A stretch of 64,000 nt of DNA from Verrucomicrobiota bacterium (GCA_022711435.1 JAKLFB010000019.1:23521-87520), one strand, 5' to 3'; positions 43,555 to 54,246 are shown, counted from the stretch's first letter. Program-made: numbers and translations. Notes: a model not told the origin generated them from the letters alone.

Positions 43555-45041
43555 CCCTGACCTCCCTTCAGCATCGCCTGCATCCAGGACGCCTGCAGGC
43601 TGGGCATGATGATATCGAGCAACAGCGACGGATAGAGCCCCACGACCACCGTGGCCGCCATGAGCAAAACCGCCCCTGCCCGCTCCGGCCATGTCAGCCC
43701 TTGCCCGCGCCCCATCTCCTCGACCGGCGCGCGGGGGTGATCGCCAAAAAACGATTTCTGCAGCACTCGCAGCGTGTAGGCCGCCCCCGCCACGATCCCC
43801 ACCCCTGCCAGCACCGCCAGCGGCGGGAATGCCTTCCAAGCCCCAATCACCACCAGCAGCTCGGATATGAACCCGCTGAATCCCGGCACCCCCATCGACG
43901 CCGCGCACGCAACCGCGAATGTCAGCCCCGCAAACGGCAGCACCCGGTTCAAGGCCATCCCCTCCAGATCCGCCAGATCCCGCGTGTGCATCCGGTCATA
44001 CACCATCCGGCCCACCACCGCGAACAGCAGGCCCGCGATGATCCCGTGCGAGAACATCTGCATCACGGCCCCGCCCACGCCCGTCGCGTTTAATGTCATC
44101 AATCCCAGGAGCACAAAGCCCATGTGGCTCACGCTCGAATAGCCGATCACAAACTTGAAATCCCTCTGCACCAGGGCCACGCACGCCCCATACAGGATCC
44201 CGATCACCCCCAGCCCCGCAAACAGCGGCCGCCAGACCATCGCCCCCTGCGGAAACAGCATCATCCCCACCCGCAGCGCCCCGTAAGCGCCCAGCTTCAT
44301 CACCACCCCCGCCAGCAGCATCGACGCCGCCGTCGGCGCCGCCACGTGCCCCGTCGGCGCCCACGTGTGCAGCGGCCAGATCCCCGCCAGGACCGCAAAC
44401 CCCACAAATACAACCGGGAATGCCCAGGTCTGAAATCCCGACGAAAACCCGCCCCGCGCCAGCTCGATCAGGTTGAACGTCTGGCCCCCGCTCACCCCGT
44501 ACGCCGCCAGCATCCCGACCAGCACCAGCGCGCTCCCCACCAGCGAATAGAGCGCCAGCTTCATCGCCCCATACTCCCGGCGCGTCGACCCCCAGATCGC
44601 GATCAAGAAATACTTGGGTACGATCGCCACTTCGTAAAACACGAACAATAGAAACCAGTCGAAGCTCAGAAACACGCCGTAGACGCCGCCGATCAGCGCC
44701 AGATACAGCGCGAAATACTCCGCCGCCCTCCGCTCCACGTTCCACGAAAACAGCACCCCCGCCACCGACGCAATCCCGGTCAGCACCACCAGGGTCAGGC
44801 TGATGCCGTCCGCGGCCAGATAATACTCGATGCCCAGCGACGGAATCCATCGAGCCCGGGCCAGCACGATCAATGGCGCCGCCGGGTCGGCCGGATACCG
44901 CGCCGCCGCCGCGAGGCCCAAGACCAGCCCCGCCAGCGCCGTCCCCAGGGCCAGCCCCCGCACCCATCGCATGTCCCTTGGCCGCACCGCCAGCAGCAGC
45001 GCCGCCCCGATAAACGATAGATAGATGGTCCAGCTTGCCAT
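43551..45041 (-). CDS. nuoM: NADH-quinone oxidoreductase subunit M (downstream copy)
   Basis: WIPSLGIEYYLAADGISL, FYEVAIVPKYFLIAIWGS and KLALYSLVGSALVLVG. Confidence 0.88.
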   Translation of the reverse strand: MASWTIYLSFIGAALLLAVRPRDMRWVRGLALGTALAGLVLGLAAAARYPADPAAPLIVLARARWIPSLGIEYYLAADGISLTLVVLTGIASVAGVLFSWNVERRAAEYFALYLALIGGVYGVFLSFDWFLLFVFYEVAIVPKYFLIAIWGSTRREYGAMKLALYSLVGSALVLVGMLAAYGVSGGQTFNLIELARGGFSSGFQTWAFPVVFVGFAVLAGIWPLHTWAPTGHVAAPTAASMLLAGVVMKLGAYGALRVGMMLFPQGAMVWRPLFAGLGVIGILYGACVALVQRDFKFVIGYSSVSHMGFVLLGLMTLNATGVGGAVMQMFSHGIIAGLLFAVVGRMVYDRMHTRDLADLEGMALNRVLPFAGLTFAVACAASMGVPGFSGFISELLVVIGAWKAFPPLAVLAGVGIVAGAAYTLRVLQKSFFGDHPRAPVEEMGRGQGLTWPERAGAVLLMAATVVVGLYPSLLLDIIMPSLQASWMQAMLKGGQG

Positions 45042-45044
45042 GGT

Positions 45045-46580
45045 TCAGGGCGCCCAAACCGCCGCCAGTTCTACCACCGCCGCGTTCACGATCCCGAGCA
45101 GCGCCTGCGGATACACCCCCAGAACCAGCATCAATCCCAGCGACGGTATCATCATGGCCCACTCCCGCGGGCTCAGGTCCGTCCACCCTGACCATCGCCC
45201 CGGCAATGGACCGTGGAACATCCGCTGCATCAGCCCCAGCAGAAATACCGCCGTCAGCAGCAATCCCAACACCGACGCCACCGCCGCCCATGGCGCCGCC
45301 GCAAAGACGCCCGTGAAGATCAGGAACTCACCCGGAAACCCGTTCAAGCCCGGCAAGCCCAGCGACGCGAATACCGCCATGCCCATCACCCCGCAGAACA
45401 CCGGCGCCGCTTTCCGCAATCCCCCAAAGTCGTCCAGATCCCGCAGGCCGCCGCTCCGCCGCTCCACAAGCGCCACCAGCCCGAATAATGTCGCCGCGTT
45501 GATCCCGTGGTTGAACATCTGCAGAATCACGCCGCCCAGCGCCGCTTGCCGAGCGCTCTCGCTCCCGCACTGGAGAGCCGCGAAGATCCCCAGCAGACAA
45601 TAGCCCAGATGGTTGATCGAGGAATACGCCAGCAGCCGCTTGAGGTCCTTCTGCGCCCACGCCGCCGCGGCCGAGCCCACCACGGTCACCACCGCCAGCA
45701 CCATCAGCATGCCCCACGCCCCTCGCATCGCATCCGCAAATATCGGCCCCATGATCCGCAGGAATCCATACAGCCCCATCTTCGACATCACCCCCGTCAG
45801 CACCATCGTCACCGCCGTCGGCGCCTCCGCATACGCCCCCGGCAGCCACCCGTGCAGCGGCATCAACGGGACCTTCACCGCCAGCCCCAGAAACACCCCC
45901 GCGCCCACCCAGCCCAAAACCCGCCGCGACACGCCTTCCGGCCAGCCGAAATACTCGGACAACCGCGCCGTCACCCCGCCCTCCTGGCTCAGCCGCGCCA
46001 GTCCCGGCAGATCGAACGTGCCCGTCGCCAAAAACAAAACCTGAAAAGCCAGCAGCATCGCCACGCTCCCCGCCAGGGTGTAAAGGAAGAATCCGGTCGA
46101 TACCGATCCGCGCATCGGACCGCCCCACAGCCGGATCAGGAAAAACGCCGGGATCAGACTCAGTTCCCAGCACAGGAACCAGTGGAAAAAGTTCAGCGCG
46201 GTGAACGTCCCCATCAATCCCGCCTCGAGCAGGAGGAACAATGCATAATAGAGCCGCGGCCGCTCGAGGCCGGTCCGCGACACCATCAAGGCCAGCAGCA
46301 TCACGAACCCCGTCAGCAATGCCATCGCCAATCCCAACCCATCCACCCCCAGGTGGTATTCCACCCCCAGATAGGGAATCCACGAGAGCCGCTCGACAAA
46401 CTGGTAGCCCGGCAGATCCTGAAACCGCAGCGCCAGCCCCAATGCCCACGCCAGCGCGATCCCTGCCGCCGACAAGCCGATCGGCCGCGCCCGGGCCTCC
46501 TGCGACCGCGGCAGGCAGGCCACCACCGCCGCCCCCAGCAGCGGCGCCATCGTCAGCCATGTCAGTTCGTGCCCCGCCAT
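45045..46580 (-). CDS. nuoM: NADH-quinone oxidoreductase subunit M (upstream copy)
   Basis: ATG 46580. WIPYLGVEYHLGVDGLGL, CWELSLIPAFFLIRLWGG and FFLYTLAGSVAMLLAF. Second M-type antiporter-like subunit in tandem. Confidence 0.85.
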   Translation of the reverse strand: MAGHELTWLTMAPLLGAAVVACLPRSQEARARPIGLSAAGIALAWALGLALRFQDLPGYQFVERLSWIPYLGVEYHLGVDGLGLAMALLTGFVMLLALMVSRTGLERPRLYYALFLLLEAGLMGTFTALNFFHWFLCWELSLIPAFFLIRLWGGPMRGSVSTGFFLYTLAGSVAMLLAFQVLFLATGTFDLPGLARLSQEGGVTARLSEYFGWPEGVSRRVLGWVGAGVFLGLAVKVPLMPLHGWLPGAYAEAPTAVTMVLTGVMSKMGLYGFLRIMGPIFADAMRGAWGMLMVLAVVTVVGSAAAAWAQKDLKRLLAYSSINHLGYCLLGIFAALQCGSESARQAALGGVILQMFNHGINAATLFGLVALVERRSGGLRDLDDFGGLRKAAPVFCGVMGMAVFASLGLPGLNGFPGEFLIFTGVFAAAPWAAVASVLGLLLTAVFLLGLMQRMFHGPLPGRWSGWTDLSPREWAMMIPSLGLMLVLGVYPQALLGIVNAAVVELAAVWAP

Positions 46581-46588
46581 CGTCACCC

Positions 46589-48625
46589 TCAGCCCCAGGT
46601 TAGCCACACCGCCATCGCCGCCATCCCCGCCGCCACCACCCGCAGATAGATCCGCAGCCTCCCGCCGTGCCAGCCGGACATCCCGCGCCCGCATCCGCGC
46701 ACCCCTTCACACCCGCCGTCAAACGCCGGATTCACCAGATACTCGTCGCTCAACCGGCTCAGCCAGCCGGCCGCCAGCGCCCCGTATCCCGCCCATTGCA
46801 TGAGCCCCTGCCACACCTCGCGCTCGAGCCAGTCCCACGCCTCCGCCGCCCATGCTGCCGATCGCACGACGGTCGCCTCATAGACCTCGTCAAACCGCAA
46901 CCGCTGTTCGAGCAGGCTGAAGACGGCCGGCTGCGCCATACGAAGCGGATCCGGCGCGTCGGCCCTTCTCTGCGGCCTCCTCCCGTACAGCCGCCACCCC
47001 GCCACGAGCCCTGCCCCCATCACCAATGCCGATGCGCCCATGATCCATAAGGTCTCATGCTCGAATAGATCTCCCGCGCGCACCGCCGCCTCCCGCCCCT
47101 CGAGAAATTCCTCGAGCCACGGCCATGCCGGCGTCCCCACCACGCTCAACAGAACCACCGCCACCGCCAAAATCACCATGGGCACTCTCATCACCGCCGG
47201 GCTCTCGTGGATCTCCTTTTTAAGCTGCCCTCCCCGGTATTCCCCCCCATACACCATCGCCATCTGTCGCATCATGTAGAATGCTGTCAACCCCACCCCC
47301 GCCAGCCCCAGCAGAAACGGCAGGCGCGACACCGGCCAGCCCCACGCCGCATGCAGTATTCCATCCTTGCTCCAAAACCCGCAGAAGAACAGCGGGACAC
47401 CCGCCAGCGCCATCATCCCCACCGCGTGCGCCGCAAAGGTCACCGGCATCCACCGGCGCAGCCCACCCATCCTTCGAATGTCCCTCTCATGATGGCATCC
47501 GTGAATCGCCGATCCCGCCCCTAAAAACAGCAGCGCCTTGAAAAAGGCGTGCGCAATCAGATGAAACATCCCCACGGCGTAACCGCCCACGCCCAGCGCC
47601 ATCATCATGTAGCCCAGCTGCGATACCGTCGAATAGGCGAGGATCCGCTTGAGGTCGAACTGAGCCGCCGCGATCGCAGCCGCCATCACCGCTGTCACCG
47701 CGCCCACCCACGCCACCCCTTGCAGCGCCGCCGATAATCCCGGCTCCCCCGCCACGTCCGCGTCCATCAGCGGATAGACGCGCGCCACCAGGAAGACGCC
47801 CGCCGCCACCATCGTCGCCGCATGAATCAAGGCGCTCACGGGCGTGGGGCCCTCCATCGCATCCGGCAGCCAAACATGCAGGGGCACCTGCCCTGACTTG
47901 CCGATCGCCCCGCAAAAGATCAGGAGGCTGATCGCCGTCGCCACCGTGATCCCCCCCACCGACACCCGCTCGACCAGGCCCGCCAGCGCTGCCGCCTCCA
48001 GACATCCGCGCCCCTCGTCGTAACACAACAGTGTCCCCGTCTCGGTGTAGAGATAGATCAATCCCAGCAGCAGCCCCAAATCCCCGATCCGCGTCACCAG
48101 AAAAGCCTTCTTCGCCGCCGCCGCCGCCGCCGGTTTCTCGAACCAGAATCCAATCAGCAGATACGACGCCAGCCCCACCAGCTCCCAGCACATGAACAGC
48201 CACAGCAGGCTGTTCGCCATCACCAGCCCCAGCATCGACCCCGCAAAAAACGATAGAAAACAGAAAAACCGCGTGAAGTTCGGATCCGCCCGCATGTCGC
48301 CCAGGCTGTAGACAAAGATCAGCAGCGCCACCGTGCTCACCATGGCCAGCATCGCGCCCGTCAGCGGATCCAGCACCCACCCCAGCTCGAGCGGCGTCCG
48401 CCCAAAAGTCAGCCATGTGAAGTTCACCTCGCGCCCCGCCCCGCCCGCGCCGGGCCAGGCGCCGAAAAAGGCTGCCCAGGAGAGCACCGTCGCCACGCTC
48501 AGAGACCCGATCCCCAGCCACGCCGCCCGGCGGCGCCCCGCCCGCGGCGTCAGCGCCAACAGCCCCGCCGCCGCCAGCGGCGCCAGCGGAATCAGCCACA
48601 GCCATTCCCGTATCCAGCTCATCAT
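46589..48625 (-). CDS. nuoL: NADH-quinone oxidoreductase subunit L (678 aa, extended C-terminal region)
   Basis: ATG 48625 overlaps the nuoK stop (ATGA). FMCWELVGLASYLLIGFW, LVTRIGDLG and HAATMVAAGVFL. Long C-terminal amphipathic region after FDEVYE. Confidence 0.88.
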   Translation of the reverse strand: MMSWIREWLWLIPLAPLAAAGLLALTPRAGRRRAAWLGIGSLSVATVLSWAAFFGAWPGAGGAGREVNFTWLTFGRTPLELGWVLDPLTGAMLAMVSTVALLIFVYSLGDMRADPNFTRFFCFLSFFAGSMLGLVMANSLLWLFMCWELVGLASYLLIGFWFEKPAAAAAAKKAFLVTRIGDLGLLLGLIYLYTETGTLLCYDEGRGCLEAAALAGLVERVSVGGITVATAISLLIFCGAIGKSGQVPLHVWLPDAMEGPTPVSALIHAATMVAAGVFLVARVYPLMDADVAGEPGLSAALQGVAWVGAVTAVMAAAIAAAQFDLKRILAYSTVSQLGYMMMALGVGGYAVGMFHLIAHAFFKALLFLGAGSAIHGCHHERDIRRMGGLRRWMPVTFAAHAVGMMALAGVPLFFCGFWSKDGILHAAWGWPVSRLPFLLGLAGVGLTAFYMMRQMAMVYGGEYRGGQLKKEIHESPAVMRVPMVILAVAVVLLSVVGTPAWPWLEEFLEGREAAVRAGDLFEHETLWIMGASALVMGAGLVAGWRLYGRRPQRRADAPDPLRMAQPAVFSLLEQRLRFDEVYEATVVRSAAWAAEAWDWLEREVWQGLMQWAGYGALAAGWLSRLSDEYLVNPAFDGGCEGVRGCGRGMSGWHGGRLRIYLRVVAAGMAAMAVWLTWG

Positions 48626-48933
48626 CCTTTCAGTGGGGGCGATTCGTCCAGATGAGCGCTTCGGCGATGCCGGTAGATCGCCAGGATCAGCGCCAGCCCC
48701 ACCCCCGATTCCGCCGCCGCAATCGCGATGGCGCACATGACCCATAGCGCCGCCTGCGATCCCTGCTCCCATCCGGCCTGCCGCCCAAAGGCCACCAGGT
48801 TCAGGTTCGCCGCATTCAGCATCAGCTCGATGCTCATCAGCACCAGAATGCTGTTCCGCCGCGTCAATGCCCCCGCAAGCCCAATCCCAAACAGCATCGC
48901 CGCCACCGCCAGATAATGATGCGCCGTGATCAT
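48622..48933 (-). CDS. nuoK: NADH-quinone oxidoreductase subunit K
   Basis: 103 aa with 3 TM segments. SIELMLNAANLNLVAF and AAAESGVGLALIL. Confidence 0.9.
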   Translation of the reverse strand: MITAHHYLAVAAMLFGIGLAGALTRRNSILVLMSIELMLNAANLNLVAFGRQAGWEQGSQAALWVMCAIAIAAAESGVGLALILAIYRHRRSAHLDESPPLKG

Positions 48934-49514
48934 GCCCCCTGCCCTCCCTGCCGCCGGGCATCCCAGCCCTCGCCGGCAGCCGGTCGATCCGCGCGTCTGC
49001 CGCTCGCCTCCCTCGGCTGCTCGAATGGCAGCGCCAAAATAACCGCTCCAATCAGCGCCACGGTCAGAACCAAACCCGCCACCTCGAACGCAACGACGTA
49101 TCTCCCCATGAGCAGCTCGCCCAGCTCACGCGTCTCGAGCGCGGGCCCGCCGCTCGCACCGCCGGCGCCGCCCAGGCCGCGCGTATACGCCAGCCCGATC
49201 CATAAACACCCGGCCACCAGGCCCGCCACCGCCACCCCTGTCACCCACGACCCGGCCGTCAGCCGCTCGATCGAAAGCAGCTCCCGACGCTGCGTCAGCA
49301 GGATCGCAAACACGATCAGGATCGCCACCGCGCCCACGTAAACGATCAGCTGTGCCAGCCCCAGAAACTCCGCCCCCGCCAGAATGTAGAGGCCTGCCAC
49401 ACCCGCCATGCTCAGGGTCCAGCAGAGCGCACAATGCACCAGCCTCCGCAGCATCACGCTCGCCAGAGCCGCCCCCAAGGTCACCGCCGCCAATATGATA
49501 AATCCTGTCGCCAC
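48930..49514 (-). CDS. nuoJ: NADH-quinone oxidoreductase subunit J
   Basis: AEFLGLAQLIVYVGAVAILIVFAIL. Position between nuoH and nuoK. Confidence 0.85.
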   Translation of the reverse strand: MATGFIILAAVTLGAALASVMLRRLVHCALCWTLSMAGVAGLYILAGAEFLGLAQLIVYVGAVAILIVFAILLTQRRELLSIERLTAGSWVTGVAVAGLVAGCLWIGLAYTRGLGGAGGASGGPALETRELGELLMGRYVVAFEVAGLVLTVALIGAVILALPFEQPREASGRRADRPAAGEGWDARRQGGQGA

Positions 49515-49560
49515 TTCGATCCTATCCGCCTCGAAACCGATTCATCCGCCATCGCCAGTC

Positions 49561-50814
49561 TCAGCTCGCATATCGATAAACCCGCGGGCCCCAGCCGCGG
49601 GACCGCATCAGCAGGCGCCCCCACAGGATGGCCGGCAGCCCGATCATCGCCAGACACGCCAGCCACCGGACCGCCCCGGCCCCCGGGAATGCCCACCCGC
49701 CCAGCCCCCGCCAGACCATCGCTACCAGCAGGTTCAACGCCCCCAAAGGCAAGAGGTATTTCCACCCGAAATTCAGGAGGTGATCCACCCGCAGCCTCGG
49801 CAGCGTCCCCCGCACCCAGATGAACCACGCGATCATCACACCGAGCTTCAGAAAAAACCATCCGTAGGACGGCGCCGCTTCCAGCACCGCCAGCGGCGCC
49901 TGCCAGCCCCCCAAAAACAGCGTCACCGCCAGCCCGCTGACGGCAAACATCCCAAAATACTCTCCCATGAAGAAGATCGCGTACTTGAACCCCGAGTACT
50001 CGGTCATGAAGCCCCCGATGATTTCGGACTCGCCCTCCGGCAGATCGAACGGCGCGCGGTTGCTCGCCGCTGCCGCCGCGGCCATGAACAGCAGCAGCCC
50101 CGCCAGCCCCCATGGCGTCATCACGTGCCACCGCGGAATCACCCCCCACCAGTATCCCGACTGCGCCTCCACGATCTCCACCAGCGACAGCGATCCCGCC
50201 ATCATCACCACCGTCAAGGCCGACAGCACCAGCGGCAGCTCGTAGCTGATCATCTGCGCGATCGCCCGCATCGCTCCCAGCAACGAGTACTTGTTCCGGC
50301 TCGACCAGCCCGCCATGAACGCCGCCACCTCCGCCGCCGATCCCACCGCGAAAAAAAACAGCAGCCCGCATCGCGGATCCGCCGCCACCAGATCCCGCCC
50401 ATACGGGATCACCGCCAGCGACAGCGCCACCGGCGCCAGCATCACGATCGGCGCCAGAAAATGCAGCACCCGATCCGCTGACCGCGGCACCACGTCCTCC
50501 TTGGTCAGCATCTTCACGCCGTCCGCCGCAAACTGCAGCCAGCCATACGGGCCCACCCGGTTCGGACCCGGCCGGTTCTGGATTCTCCCCAGCAGCTTCC
50601 GCTCCGCCACCGTCGCCAGCCCGAACAGCAGCCCAAACACCGCCAGGACCGCCACCGCCGGAATCAGCCCTTCCGCCCACACCTTCGCCCCCTCCGGCAG
50701 CCACCCGACCGCCCAGTCGCGCAGCCACACCGGACCCCGCTCGAACAGCTCCACCGGGCCCACCCAGCGCAGCCCCCCCCAACCCGTCAGTGCCAGGATC
50801 CCCTCCATGTTCAT
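49561..50814 (-). CDS. nuoH: NADH-quinone oxidoreductase subunit H
   Basis: ERKLLGRIQNRPGPNRVGPYGWLQ, FDLPEGESE, MGEYF and RGTLPRLRVDHL. Confidence 0.9.
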   Translation of the reverse strand: MNMEGILALTGWGGLRWVGPVELFERGPVWLRDWAVGWLPEGAKVWAEGLIPAVAVLAVFGLLFGLATVAERKLLGRIQNRPGPNRVGPYGWLQFAADGVKMLTKEDVVPRSADRVLHFLAPIVMLAPVALSLAVIPYGRDLVAADPRCGLLFFFAVGSAAEVAAFMAGWSSRNKYSLLGAMRAIAQMISYELPLVLSALTVVMMAGSLSLVEIVEAQSGYWWGVIPRWHVMTPWGLAGLLLFMAAAAAASNRAPFDLPEGESEIIGGFMTEYSGFKYAIFFMGEYFGMFAVSGLAVTLFLGGWQAPLAVLEAAPSYGWFFLKLGVMIAWFIWVRGTLPRLRVDHLLNFGWKYLLPLGALNLLVAMVWRGLGGWAFPGAGAVRWLACLAMIGLPAILWGRLLMRSRGWGPRVYRYAS

Positions 50815-51398
50815 GTGCCCCCTCCGGGCTCCCCGGACCCCGGCAGGCTCGCCCGCACCGCCGCCCGGACCCCGCTCTCCCGCAGCTCCCGCTCCCTCGC
50901 CAGATGCTCGTCCACCACCCGCGCCTCCGCCGGATGCAGCTCACGGTAATACCGGTTGGGCCGCGCCAGGTCGGCCTTGTGCAGCAGCAGGCCCCCAAAC
51001 CGATCCTCCCGGTCCCACGCATACGCCTGGTCCATCTTGATCGAGTCGAACGGGCAGACCTCGACACAGATCTGACAGCTCATGCAAACCGATATGTCAA
51101 TATCGAATATCGCTGGATGCTTCCGCGGCCTGCCCCGCTCGTCCTGCGCGGGCACGATGTAGATGCACTGCGGCGGACATTCCTTTTCGCAGATCTTGCA
51201 CGACACGCACCGAAGGCCCTCCTCGGGGTCCGCCCCGTCGTAGACCAGAAACGGATAGACCCGGCTGTTCTCCGGCGTCGCCCGCCGCTCCTCCGGATAC
51301 TGGACCGTCACCCAGCGGCGGGGATCCACGTAGCTGCCCACCAGGTTCCGACCCGTCTCGATGAACCCCCGGATGAGCCCTGCCCCCTCGACGCTCAT
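50811..51398 (-). CDS. nuoI: NADH-quinone oxidoreductase subunit I (2x[4Fe-4S]) with charged C-terminal extension
   Basis: ATG 51398 overlaps the nuoD stop (ATGA). Two ferredoxin motifs, [12 protein letters not shown] and [12 protein letters not shown]. Confidence 0.88.
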   Translation of the reverse strand: MSVEGAGLIRGFIETGRNLVGSYVDPRRWVTVQYPEERRATPENSRVYPFLVYDGADPEEGLRCVSCKICEKECPPQCIYIVPAQDERGRPRKHPAIFDIDISVCMSCQICVEVCPFDSIKMDQAYAWDREDRFGGLLLHKADLARPNRYYRELHPAEARVVDEHLARERELRESGVRAAVRASLPGSGEPGGGT

Positions 51399-52546
51399 CG
51401 GTCCACCTCCCCCAGCACGATGTCGATGCTCCCCAGGATCACCACCACGTCCGCCACCTTCTGACCCAAACACATCTCCTCGAGCGCCGTCAGGTTGATC
51501 AGGCTCGGCGGCCTCACCCGATACCGGTACGGGCTCGCCGAGCCGTCGCTGATCAGATAGAAACCGATCTCCCCTTTCGGCCCTTCGATCCGCCCGTAGG
51601 CCTCGCCCGCTCTCGGCTTGAAGTTCCGCAGCTTCACTTTCCCATCGATCACCGGCCCCGCCGGGATCTGCTCCAGCGCCGCCTCGAGGATCTTCACCGA
51701 CTCCCGCATCTCGAGCAGCCGCAGCATGAATCGATCGTAGCAATCCCCGTGATCCCCCACCGGCACCCGGAAATCGAACCGGTCATACACCCCATACCGG
51801 TCGGTCTTCCGGATGTCGTACCCCACACCGCTCGCCCTGAGGACCGGCCCCGAAGCGCTCGCGTTGATCGCCAGGTCCCTCGGCAGCACCCCCACACCCT
51901 GCGTCCGCGCCATCACGATCTCGTTCGTCGCCAGCAGCGCCTCGTATTCGTCCAGAAACCGCGGGAAATCACCCACCACCCCGCGCGCCGCCTCGATCCA
52001 GCCCGCCGGCGCATCCGCGCGGCACCCCCCAAACCGCATGTAGTTGCACATCATCCGCGAACCCGTCAGCGATTCGAACAGATCCAATATCTTCTCCCGC
52101 TCGCGAAATGCATACATCATGGGCGTCCCCATCGCCCCCAGGTCCTGCAGCATGAAACCCATCTGGCACGCATGATTCTGCAGCCGCGTCAGCTCCGCCG
52201 TGATCACTCGCAGATACTCCGCCCGCTCCGGCACCGCCAGCCCCGCCAGCTTCTCCACCGCCAGCGCATACGCCCAGTTGCTCGTCAGGGAACAAAAATA
52301 GTCCAGCCGGTCCGTGTACGGCATCGACCCCAAATAGGTCGTCTGCTCCGCGATCTTCTCGTGGTTGCGATGCAGATAGCCGAACACCGGCTTCAGCCGC
52401 ACCACGGTCTCCCCCTCGAGAACGACATCCATCCGAAACACGCCGTGGGTCGATGGATGCTGCGGGCCCATCGACACCTCCAGCCGCCCGGCATCCTCCC
52501 CCCCGGCCTCGCACTCATCCCGCCTGGATCCTCCCCGGTCGATCAT
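51395..52546 (-). CDS. nuoD: NADH-quinone oxidoreductase subunit D
   Basis: [14 protein letters not shown] and [12 protein letters not shown], ending in DIVLGEVDR. Confidence 0.9.
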   Translation of the reverse strand: MIDRGGSRRDECEAGGEDAGRLEVSMGPQHPSTHGVFRMDVVLEGETVVRLKPVFGYLHRNHEKIAEQTTYLGSMPYTDRLDYFCSLTSNWAYALAVEKLAGLAVPERAEYLRVITAELTRLQNHACQMGFMLQDLGAMGTPMMYAFREREKILDLFESLTGSRMMCNYMRFGGCRADAPAGWIEAARGVVGDFPRFLDEYEALLATNEIVMARTQGVGVLPRDLAINASASGPVLRASGVGYDIRKTDRYGVYDRFDFRVPVGDHGDCYDRFMLRLLEMRESVKILEAALEQIPAGPVIDGKVKLRNFKPRAGEAYGRIEGPKGEIGFYLISDGSASPYRYRVRPPSLINLTALEEMCLGQKVADVVVILGSIDIVLGEVDR

Positions 52547-53178
52547 GGCTGCCCTCGCTTGGCGTAACGACGGCTCGCCTTGGCCGCAACCTCGCCGTGC
52601 GGCGTCGGCTCATACTCGTAATCGTCCGGCTCAACGTAGTCCTTCCGCATGGGATGGCCGGAAAATCCCTCCCACATCAGCAGCCGCCGCAGATCCGGAT
52701 GCCCGGTGAACACGACGCCAAACAGGTCGTAAACCTCTCGCTCCTGCAGCTCCGCCCCCCGAAACACATTCGCCAGCGACGGCACATCCACCCGGTCGGT
52801 CCGGTTCCCCGTCCGAACCCGCAGGACCAGCGGCCCCGTCCCGCGCGCCACCGAGTAGAGATGATACACCACCTCCAGATACCCTGGCACTCTCCTCTCG
52901 ACGCTCTCCTCGACCTCGATCTCCTCCCCTTGATACTCCCGCTTCACTCGCACTTTGTCGGTCTCGACACGGTCCAGCCAGTCCACCCCCGTCACGTTGG
53001 ACAGGTAGTCGAACTGAAGCTCCGGATCGTCTCGCAGCCGCCGCGCCACCGCCTCCAGATGCGCCGCCTCCACCACCAACGAGTGCTGCCCCGATGCGCC
53101 CGGATTCGCCGCCAAAGCCAGCTTCGCCTCCGGCAGCGCCGCCTCGATCCGGGCCTGGATGGATGCGAGCCGCTCCAT
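52543..53178 (-). CDS. nuoC: NADH-quinone oxidoreductase subunit C
   Basis: [38 protein letters not shown]. Position between nuoB and nuoD. Confidence 0.88.
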   Translation of the reverse strand: MERLASIQARIEAALPEAKLALAANPGASGQHSLVVEAAHLEAVARRLRDDPELQFDYLSNVTGVDWLDRVETDKVRVKREYQGEEIEVEESVERRVPGYLEVVYHLYSVARGTGPLVLRVRTGNRTDRVDVPSLANVFRGAELQEREVYDLFGVVFTGHPDLRRLLMWEGFSGHPMRKDYVEPDDYEYEPTPHGEVAAKASRRYAKRGQP

Positions 53179-53181
53179 GGA

Positions 53182-53796
53182 TCAACTCGCGCGCGCCACC
53201 CGCGGCGGCCGCCACACCGCCGCATGATAGGGCGGCTCGATGTCGCGCGCGCCCAGCGTCGGCACTGGAAGCTCGCTGGCCTCGCCCGCCTGCAAGTGCC
53301 GCGGCCGCTCCGGCCCCGTCAGCCGCTGCCGCATAATCCGCCGCTGCAAGGCCATCAACCCCTCGATCAGCGCTTCCGGCCGCGGCGGACAGCCCGGGAC
53401 GTGTACGTCGACCGGCAGGTACCGGTCGATCCCCTTCAGCACGTTGTAGCCCTGCTTGAACGGCCCGCCCGATATCGCGCACGCCCCCATCGCCATCACA
53501 TACTTTGGCTCCGGCATCTGGTTGTAGAGACGGACCACCTGCGGCGCCATCTTCTTCGTCACGGTCCCCGCCACAATCATGAGGTCCGCCTGCCGCGGCG
53601 ATGGCCGGAACACCTCCGCCCCAAACCGCGCCAGATCGAATCTCGCCATCGACGCCGCCATCATCTCGATCGCGCAGCACGCCAGGCCGAATCCAAGGGG
53701 CCACAGGGAGTTGCTCCGCCCCCAGTTATACAGCGCCTCAAGGCTGACGATCATCACCCCCTGCCGGCTCAACTCGCTGCGCAAATCGGATTCCAT
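53182..53796 (-). CDS. nuoB: NADH-quinone oxidoreductase subunit B (N2 cluster)
   Basis: [20 protein letters not shown] and VPGCPPRPE. Confidence 0.92.
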   Translation of the reverse strand: MESDLRSELSRQGVMIVSLEALYNWGRSNSLWPLGFGLACCAIEMMAASMARFDLARFGAEVFRPSPRQADLMIVAGTVTKKMAPQVVRLYNQMPEPKYVMAMGACAISGGPFKQGYNVLKGIDRYLPVDVHVPGCPPRPEALIEGLMALQRRIMRQRLTGPERPRHLQAGEASELPVPTLGARDIEPPYHAAVWRPPRVARAS

Positions 53797-53802
53797 CGTC
53801 GA

Positions 53803-54174
53803 TCACTTCCACGTCAGGACACCCTTGAGCCACGCCCATGCCAATCCCTCGGCCAGCAGCAGAAGAAAGATCAGCATCGCCGCCACCGCACCCCACGGCA
53901 GCCGAAGGAATGCCACCGCAAACGGCACCAGAAACACCACCTCAACCTCGAAGATCAAAAACAGGAGCCCGTACAGATAATAGCCGGAACGATAGGATAT
54001 CCAGGCGTCCCCCGATGATTCCAATCCGCATTCGTAGGTCGCGTTCTTCGAATCTCCCGGCTTCCACGGGGCAAACCAGCGCGACCATGCCCATGCCAGC
54101 CCCAGCATCGCCAGCGCAAACAGAATCGCCACCCCCAGCAGCCAGACAATCGCCGTGTACGGATGCGGTTCCAT
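53803..54174 (-). CDS. nuoA: NADH-quinone oxidoreductase subunit A
   Basis: 123 aa with 3 TM segments. YECGL and FLIFEVEVVFLVPFA. Confidence 0.88.
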   Translation of the reverse strand: MEPHPYTAIVWLLGVAILFALAMLGLAWAWSRWFAPWKPGDSKNATYECGLESSGDAWISYRSGYYLYGLLFLIFEVEVVFLVPFAVAFLRLPWGAVAAMLIFLLLLAEGLAWAWLKGVLTWK

Positions 54175-54246
54175 GGCTCGATCGACGGTCAGCGCGCTAC
54201 CGCCGCCTCCGGCGATCCTGCCCCCGCCAGAAGCCGCGCCGGCGCT

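Noticed and set aside
43555-43908. 118-aa N-terminal extension of nuoN in the track ORF (42067..43908)
   Set aside because: It would overlap nuoM by ~350 nt and is Gly/Arg/Ala low complexity. The GTG at 43554 gives a canonical NuoN N-terminus with a GTGA overlap.
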